Part shown: in pieces, positions 55,459-64,000 of the stretch
Layout: each line of letters opens with the position of its first letter
Position numbering within the stretch: the stretch's first letter is position 1
DNA from: the human T2T-CHM13v2.0 reference genome, Homo sapiens
Strand: one strand, 5' to 3'
Assembly (NCBI RefSeq): GCF_009914755.1
Contig: NC_060934.1
DNA length: 64,000 bases
Position numbers and translations under genes: made by a program
The notes under the pieces: model-generated
Told to the model about the DNA's origin: nothing
Database searches by the model: none
The model's input: the letters and a program-made list of their open reading frames with translations, nothing else

Positions 55459-58141
55459 TTACATAAGTCTATATTCTTAATATGGTCACTTTCTGCTTTA
55501 CAGATGAGGACATTAAAGTTTGGGGAGGTAAAATAATATGCATGTTTACAGGGCAAGTAAGTCGTACTATTTTAACCCTATCAAATGCCAAAACCAGTTC
55601 CTCATGCTACTAGATCTATAAGGAATCAGGTTTTAAAGCCATGATAATAATGAGAAGCCACCTTTCTAGAGGTAGTAAGCTATTCTGGGCTGCCCTCTGG
55701 GCATGCCTATGATTAGTCCTTGAGAGATGGCATAAAGCTGCTGTGTACTTTTCCGAGAGGTCGTGGAAAAAGGTTTGGCTGCACCTTGGTGTTTTGGAGG
55801 GAACGCAAACTAACTCCAAGCTCTTTGACCTCCCTGGGAGGCCAAAAGCCTGGGAGAGTAGTAAACCTTCCAAGAAGCCAGGAAAAAAAAAATACCCAAT
55901 TGCAATAATTGTAGAGAAGGGATAAGTCTGAATAGGTGTCTTGTACATTTCATCATTCTGACATACGGGAACCATGCCAATTGGTAAGATCTGGGGACTC
56001 GTCAAAAAAACACATGGACAGTGACAGGTCTCATGCTGAATGAGAAGTTTGACATTTTAAAGATCTACCAGCACTGATTTATTTGTCAGAAAAGCAAGTC
56101 TGCGAGTTGTTTATCATCCATGTGAGCATATGTGTATGCTTCGTACTGGGAAAGGTATACATAGTTCTTTCCCTAAAAAGAAAAGAAAAGAACCCAAAGG
56201 TCAAAGATGGAACAGATTTGGCCCAAACTTTCCAAAAATAAACAAGTAAAGAGTACCACAGGGGAAAAAAATGATGTCTGAGTTGTAGCCATGTACGAAG
56301 TACTTAAAAATAGAAATGCCAGACCATTTAACCAGTTAGTGCATACTTTTCAATCAAAAACATGTCTAACTTAATGACCAATTATTATTTCTGATTGTGT
56401 TTCAATCTATTTCTTTATGTGATATGATCATGCCTTAAAATCAAGAGGTGTGAAAGTGTCAATATAATTATTTCATTAATAGAACCACATTTCAAATATT
56501 TTAAACTATTTACAGAATAAGCCAGTGTGAATGCAATGTGTGCTCGGAGGCTCCATCAGCTTTAAAAATCAATGCACCAGGAATGGAAGGTAGCTTTTCA
56601 GTCTCTACTTAGAAAATGGATAATTGAGGTTATCTCAGATTTTTTTTCTGCCCAACTGAACTCAGCTTTCCTGCAATATTAGAAACAACTGATTAGTAGA
56701 AACTGGATGGTTAAACTTACTGAGGGGAAAAGACTTTTAAATGTGTCAGGTGTCTCTGCTGACATCAGCTTATGTCTGCAAATTTTCTATTCGGTCCCTG
56801 GAGGGTGAATTTCACCCATAGTAAAACCATTTTTTTTTCTTTTTGATGATTTTGTTTGTAATTCTCTTTTATGGTTTTCCTTCATGATTTTATTAGCCAC
56901 TTTTAACTTAAAAGTGCTGTAGCACTGGCCCCTGTATTGGCGGGAGTTCAAGCACAGCCAACAGTTGGTTTAGCTGAAGGAAAATTCCCACTAGTCAAAA
57001 CCAGACTCCAGTTTGATCTCTTTTTAGAACAAGCCTTGAAAAGCAGCTCTGCTTTAAACAAAAATAAAAGTAAAAGAATTCTTCCTCCAAAGGGAAGGTA
57101 ACTGTGGAAAGCTATGTTCTTCCAAAGCATTGACATTTGAGGATAAATCTTCCTGAGATTCACAGCCCTTGTGGGTGGAGAGGGCTGAGTTTGTAATCAG
57201 GATCTTGAGTGATTTACATGTTTCCATAGGGTCAGTTCACTCCAGTATGCTGAAAGACCTACACATGTGTGTTGGGTTGGTGGGCTGGATCATTTAGTAA
57301 CTATTGGCCAAAAGGACTACAGGAAACTTTTGAGAGGAGAAGGGAACTCATAGCATCTAAGCCGTAAATTAGGAGTCTGGCAATTGAGAATTCCAGTTCC
57401 CCAAGGGACTCATGTTGGAGTCCAGTGCAAAGGGTGGGGGGTGGGGAGAGGGCCTGCAGGAATGTTCAAGGTTTTTATTTTATGACAAAAAAACTGAGTC
57501 ACCATAAAGTGCTAGGGTTCAGAGCAGCACCACCCTGGTCCTCGGCAAAAAGGGCAAGATGAGAAGTGGTGCATTCTTCCCACCCGTGCACGCCCCAGGA
57601 CTTGAAAGTGTAGGCGTCTGTGAACACAGGGCTGCAGGCACCTTCATGGACCCCAGGTAACAGCAGCAGTAGATGTGGTTCTGGACAATCAGGGAGGTAT
57701 AGGCTTCTAAAGCAGCCAGACACCACTTTACTCAGCTCCTGGGGGAGGCTACAGGACTCAGATGACACACCCAATGCCTCCTACAAATAAGTGGGGAAGT
57801 CCTTCAGTTGCAGAAGCGGGTGAAGGCCGGAGCAACTGATGCATTGATAACAGTGTGTTTAAAACCCCAGGCTAAGTTGCTGTGCTTAGTTTGCCTTTAG
57901 GAGAACCACAGGGTGTCTAGGACTGCCCTCTAGTGTCTGTGATCTTATTCAAGTGTGTGGGATTTTCCAGGAATAATACAAACCTTCCTTGTGAAAAATG
58001 CTTTGGCCTTACAATTTTGATAATTCTTACAAATGGATTTTAAAAATATTTTTTATTAAAGAGTTTACAAACATTGATTTAATCTCTCCCACATTTATTA
58101 AGATTTTTATTTCCTTGTTATAGCTTTGCAAATCATTAGGT

Positions 58142-58342
58142 GAAAAAGAAAAAAAGAAACAGAAAGGAAGGGAGGGAGGGAGGGAGGAAAGGAAGGAAGC
58201 AAGGAATGAAAGAAGGAAAGAACAAAGGAACACTGGCAGGGAGAGAGGGAGGGAGGGAGGAAGGAAAGGAGGGAAAGAAGGAAGGGAGAAGGAAGGAAAG
58301 ATGGAAGGAAGGAAGACAGGCAGGGAGACACGGAGGGAGAAA
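58142..58342 (+). repeat. GA-rich (GGAA/GGGA) low-complexity polypurine tract
   Basis: Read directly from the sequence. Confidence 0.9.
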
Positions 58343-58949
58343 GTGTCCCATGAAAATAAAAATAATATTTTCCCAACTAATGACAAAGTCCAAATTAGTT
58401 GTCACTGTGATCCATGCAAATACTATGTCCTGCTCAACCTCACTTGGCTTCCTGATTTTGATTTACTTATTCATTGTTTTTATCCTTTTAACAAATATGG
58501 GCACCAATTTTGTCTCAGGCACCATGCAAGCTCTGGTGATGCAGTATTAAGCTAAAAAGATATAGTTCCTCCCTTCATGAGCATACAGTCTAGTGAGGTG
58601 CTAGGTGGTGAACAATCAAGCAAACTGAGCAGAATGTAATTAAATGGATAAATGCCAGATGGATAAATGCCAGGATTGAAACTAACGGGGTGTGGTGTGA
58701 GAGAATGATGGGGCTGGAGGTAAGACGGGGAAGGCTTTATGAGATATTTTTCATCAGAGAAGACTAAAGCCATGAGTTAAGCCAGAGAATAAAACAAACT
58801 GTTCATGGCATGACTTAAAAAATATATGCCTGTGATCGTAACACTCCTTACCCAGATCTGGAAGACAAGGAATTCTATGGCTTGTCTGGGGCCACTGATT
58901 TAGAGAAGTTCAATCTTAGCAGAATTCATCTGAGCACATCGGACCAAGT

Positions 58950-59310
58950 TGATATGGTTTCACTGTGTCCCCACCCAAATCTCATCTTGAATTGTAGCTC
59001 CCATAATTCCCATATGTTGTGGGAGGGACCCAGTGGGAGATAATTGAATCATGGGGGCAGTTTCCCTCATACTGTTCTCATGGTAGTGAATAAGTCTCAT
59101 GAGATCTGATGGTTTTATAAGGGGTTTCCCCATTCACTTTGTCCTCATTCTCTCTTTCCTGCCGCCATGTAAGAAGTGCCTTTCACCTTCTGCCATGATT
59201 GTGAGGCTCCCTAGCCACGTGGCACTGTGAGTCCATTAAACCTCTTTTTCTTTATAAATTACCGAGTCTCAGGTATGTCTTCATCAGCAGCATGAAAAGA
59301 GACTAATACA
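58950..59310 (+). mobile_element. THE1 (MaLR) solo LTR
   Basis: TGATATGGTTT...GACTAATACA termini; 5-bp TSD CAAGT at 58945-58949 and 59311-59315. Confidence 0.93.
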
Positions 59311-60164
59311 CAAGTTAAGACATTTACTGCCCCCATAAAATGCCACATGCCATCCATGGCATCTGCATTTTGTTCTCTATGTAACTTAGTAAAAAGGCCT
59401 CTTACTTATCATGTAACAGTCTCAATGATGGCATCTTCCTAAGTTATCCAAGATGATGGCCTTGACCATTTTAATTATCTCCGTGTAAGAATGCCTTAGC
59501 CTGTTTTTAGAGCTAGAAGTCTTCGAACAACTTGAAAGTTGGAAGTGAATTCCTGTCTTCTACTGAGCTTGCCTAAAACGTAACTCATTGACTTAAATTG
59601 ATCTTCCTTGTTTTTATTGTGTTAATGTATTAAAAAGTGGGTTCTTTTCCCAAAGGCCTCTGGTCCCATGTACAAAAAAAATAGAAATATGACAAGTTAA
59701 ATTAAAACCAGCAGATGAAAGTTAAAATATTCTCAAAAAGAAAAAAGACGCCAAGTAGCATTACTGGAAGGAGAAAAAAAATAAGCCAAATGGATTGAAC
59801 TTAGCCCATTTTTCAATTTGCCTGTTGGACTTGCTCAAAGTAGATGTTAGAGTGACTTCCTACAAAATTCCTGAAAAACTATTTGCCACTACATATGATC
59901 ACACCAAATCAGCAAAATAATGGTAATTCCAGAGACAGAAGGGATCCAAATTGTAGTTCTTTTCAAAGGAAGGTCAGGATGGTCTATCTAGCTTTCAGTC
60001 ACTGTCTGATCTTACTCATCTGCATCTCACTTGTGGGAGGTGAGAGATGAACTCTAAACATATGAGCCTTTCTCTCTTGAGCTCTAAATCCTGCCCAGTG
60101 TAGTTACGGTGTGATTCTGCTTGGAAACCAGTGCTGTTCATCCTCGGAGAGGCAGAAGAGCATG

Positions 60165-60770
60165 ACCATTAAGAGCATGGATTCTAAAGCCAGATACTTA
60201 CTTCCCTGGCCTGTTTTTGCCACCTACCTGTAGGACGCTGGGCACGTTACTTACCATCTCTATCCGTCAGTTTCCCCATTTGTAAAATACAGGTACAGGT
60301 TGCATTTTATAGGTACATTTCTGATCCAAAAATCGCAAATCTGAAATATTCAAAAATGCAAAACTTTTTGAGCACGAAACATGACATCATAAGTGGAAAA
60401 TTCCATACCTGATCCCATGTGATGGATCACAGTCAAAACGCAGTTGCATAACACAGCTTATTCAGTATTCCCAAAGGAAAAATACAATCACTTTCAGGTT
60501 GTGAGTATAAGGTGTATATAAAACATAGATGCATTTCATGTTTAAACTTGAGTCTCATCCCAAAATATCTCATTACATATATACAAATATTCCAAAAGCC
60601 CCCCAAATTCCAAAATCTGAAGCTCTTCTGGCCTCAAGCATTTTAGAGAAGGGATACTCAACCTGTGCTAACAATGTGTCACATGGACTTGTGAGGACTA
60701 AATGAATTAAAATATATAAATCTATGTACGATTCCATAGGAAAAGCAATGTGTTAGCTAGTATTGTCACT
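60165..60770 (+). mobile_element. MIR split by a Tigger4-type MITE
   Basis: ttaagagcatggattct...cagtttccccatttgtaaaat, resuming gtgaggactaaatgaatt after 60665. Confidence 0.7.
60296..60665. mobile_element. Tigger4/MER46-type DNA transposon MITE
   Basis: Inverted termini caggttg...gggatactcaacctg. Confidence 0.75.
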
Positions 60771-60962
60771 TACATTTCTAATTGGCTATGGATTGCTAAT
60801 GGCATAATGTTATTGCTTGCTTTCGATTGTCCACACGTACCTGCCCTTCACCAGGGTCAAGCACTCACTATTTGCCAGAACTTAGCCTAGATATTGTCAT
60901 ACTCTTGAGTACAGTTCCCTGCTCTCTTGGTCAAGCCTTCTCAGTTAATACTCCTCTGGTAA

Positions 60963-61292
60963 TGTAGCAGTCCCCCCTTGCCTACAGTTTCAGTAATGCA
61001 GTAATGCAGTTTCACTTACTGCCAATCAACCCCAGTTTGAAAATACTGATATTTTCAGAGAGAGAGACCACATTCACATAACTTGTATTACAGTAGGTTG
61101 TTAAAATTTTCCCATTTTATTATTTACTATTGTTTTTAATCTCTTACTGTGTCTAATTTTTAAATTAAGCCTTATCATAGGCAAGTATGTATAGAAAAAA
61201 CAAAGTGTATATAGGGTTCAGTACCATCCGTGGTCTCAGACATCCACTGGGGATCTTGGAACTTGTACCCTGCAGATAAGGGTGGAATACTG
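60963..61292 (+). mobile_element. Tigger2-derived MITE (MER8/MER28-like)
   Basis: agcagtccccccttg...gagagaccacattcacataact...gataagggtggaatactg TIR-like ends. Confidence 0.7.
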
Positions 61293-61599
61293 TAGCAGGT
61301 TGCAGAGGGGTTACCACATTATTTCTAGTATTTTGGGGGTAACAAATGTTTTAGAAACATTAATCTGACAGTTATGTGAATGAGGGAAAAATAGAAAATA
61401 GTTATTACATACTTGTATTTGTATGTGGAAAAATAAAGTTCAGAATTAGGATGGTGCAATGCAATGGAGATGGGCAGATATGATGGCTGTGAAGGAAGAT
61501 TTAAGTGAGCTCTGTGACTAGCTGGCAGGAAAGAGAGGGAAGAGCAAGCAAGAGATGTTTTTCTTTTAATTTTAAACTTAAAAAAAAACCCTGAAGCAC

Positions 61600-64000
61600 A
61601 ACAAATACAAGAAAATCACACAATATAAATATAATGCATAATGGATTCTCACAAAGCATAATACCCCCGTAACTACCACCCAAATCAAGAAATAGAATAC
61701 TCCCTGTGTCCCAAAGCTCCCCTAGTACCACTTACCATCATACCCCTCTCTTCTCTTCAAACTTGATTATCCTGACTTACAAAGCATAGCTCAGTTTAAT
61801 CTGTGTTGAACGTTATATCAGTGGAATCCTACAGTATGAACCTCCTTTGTGGGTTTTTTTTTTTTTTTTTTTTTTTTTGTGAGACCCAGTCTCACTCTGT
61901 CACTCTGTCGCCTAGGTTGGAGTGCAGTGGTGCGATCTTGGCTTACAGCAAACTCCGCCTCCCAGGTTCAAGCAGTCCTCTGACTCAGCCTCCCAAGTAG
62001 CTGGGATTATAGGCACCCGTCACCATGCCCAGCTAATTTTTGTATTATTAGTAGAAATGGGGGTTTCACCAACTTGGCCAAGCTGGTCTTGAACTCCTGA
62101 CGTCATGATTCACCCACCTTGGCCTCCCAAAGTGCTGAGATTACAGGTGTGAGCCACCGCACCAGGCCTTGTTCTTTTATTTAATGTTTTTAAGGTTCGT
62201 CCATATTACTGTTTGTATCACTGGTTCATTATTTTATATTGATAAGTACTACTGCATTGTGTAAATACATCATGATTTATCCATTTACCTATTCATGGAC
62301 ATTTGGATTGTTTCCATTTGGGGGTTCCTATAAATGGTACAGCTATGATCAGTTATGCGTATGTCTCATAGTACTCATCTGCATGCATTTTGGTTGGGAA
62401 TATATCTAGGCATGGAATTGCTATGTCATAAGGTACTGTTTAGTGCTGTTTGTGTTTAATCTTTTAATCTGGATGTGACTGTATTAAGTAACTCACAGGT
62501 AGATTCTATTGTTTTACCCCATCTGTTAGTCTTTGCCTTTTAATCGGAACATTTGGTAAATTTACATTTAATATAGTTATTAATAGATTTTAAATCTAAA
62601 TCTACTATCTTACTATTTACTTTGTTCTGCTCACTCTATATTCTTTTGTTCTCTTTTCTTGCCTTATTTTATACTGGTATTTTTATTATTTCATTGTTTC
62701 CTCTATTAGCTTTATAATTTCATACTTTTTTACCAGTCTTTTAAAGATGCAAATTTACTTCATCTTAAATTCTACTATAAATCAACATTTCATTTCTTTT
62801 CAGAAAATTTCAGAGACTTTTGGATACTTTAAGGCCATTTATCCCCTCCCAGCTTATATGCTATTGTTATCATATATGTTAATTCTCAAAAATGTAATTC
62901 CATGTTATTATTACTTTAGACAAAAAATATTTATTTACATTTGTTGACATATTTACTCTGTTTTTTGCTCTTCATTCTTTCCTGAATTTCTGAGTTTCCA
63001 TTTGTGGTCTTTTGCCCTCTGCCTGAAGAATGTCCATTAGTCTTTGTTGGGGTTTACTGATGATGAATTCCTTTGGTTTTGGTTTGTCTGAAAATGGCTT
63101 CATTTCACTTGCATCCTTGGAGAACAGTTTTGCTGTGTATAAAATTTGGGATTGACAATTTTTATTGATTGATTTTACTTTGAAGTTATCATTTTATTGC
63201 CTTCTGGTTTCTATTTTGTTGTTGTTGTTGTTGTTGTTAAGATGTCAACTGTCAGTCTAACGGTGACCTTGAAGGTAATTCTTTAAAAACTGCCTGCTTT
63301 TAATATTTCCCTTTGCCCTTGACTTTTCATGATTTTAATACAATGTGCTTAGTTGTGATTTTCTTATTTATTCTTCTTGAGGTATAGAACTTCTTGTATC
63401 TGTGGGATAATACTATCTTTCATAGTTTTTAAAAAATTCTCAACTATTATTTCTTCAAATATTGTTTCTGTCTCATTATATCTCTGATCTTTTGAGAATC
63501 CAACTGAGATAGTAGACAACCTCATAGTATAGCTCATATTTTGACTTTTATATTTTTCATTTATGTGTTTTATCTCAATATTTTCTTCTGATTTATCTTT
63601 ATAATTCTGACTAATGTGCTGCTCAATCAGTCCATCAAGTTCTAAATTTTAGTTTGCATATCCTAAATAGAATTTCCACAGGCTGTTTTATTTTTACAGT
63701 TTCCAATTTTCTGCCAAAATTCTAAACATTGTTTTTTATTTCACGAACATTTTCAGAGTTATTTTAAAGATATGTCTGTTACTGTGTCTATTGTGTGCAC
63801 TCTGGGGTGGGGTATGTTTGTATTTTCTCTTGTTTCTCTTGAGTTTTGTTCACATTATCTTGTGAACATTTAAAAAATTAAATATTAGATCCCAGGTATG
63901 AAAAAAATATATGACAAATTTAAGCCTAGAATGATGCCACCTTCTTCCAGATGGAGTTTAACACTTACTTCTGGCAAGTTGCCATGAACACTAATACTAT
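61600..64000 (-). mobile_element. Old L1MC/ME fragments, interrupted by an Alu
   Basis: accacccaaatcaagaaatagaa; ggacatttggattgtttcca; gtctgaaaatggcttcatttcac; ctattatttcttcaaatatt. Confidence 0.7.
61854..62168 (-). mobile_element. AluS
   Basis: Reverse dimer with a tcactctg micro-duplication. Confidence 0.9.

Noticed and set aside
58142-58342. GGAA-rich tract as an EWS-FLI1-type microsatellite enhancer
   Set aside because: Too interrupted; no long run of consecutive GGAA units.

Overview
Primate, almost certainly human, genomic DNA carrying the 5' part of ITGA8 (integrin alpha-8) on the minus strand. It has a CpG-island promoter near 51-52 kb and coding exons 1-8 (51770 down to 3569; 847 nt of CDS, all GT-AG, frames consistent), with a ~31 kb intron 2. 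The remainder is interspersed repeats (about 20 Alus, L1, L2, MIR, MaLR/ERVL LTRs, MER58/Tigger MITEs) and simple repeats. I see no new protein-coding gene or multi-gene system. Two features stand out. First, the sense-oriented L1PA in intron 8 has a 5'UTR joined precisely at known L1 splice sites, so it is a retrotransposed spliced L1 RNA (SpIRE 97/622 type) that still keeps the ancestral 129-bp ZNF93-target segment. Second, there is a series of local copy-paste scars in which 10-230 bp pieces were copied, direct or inverted, from up to ~2.3 kb away, often with stuttered or snap-back junctions, resembling templated-insertion repair fossils. Repeat boundaries and subfamily calls are by eye and approximate.
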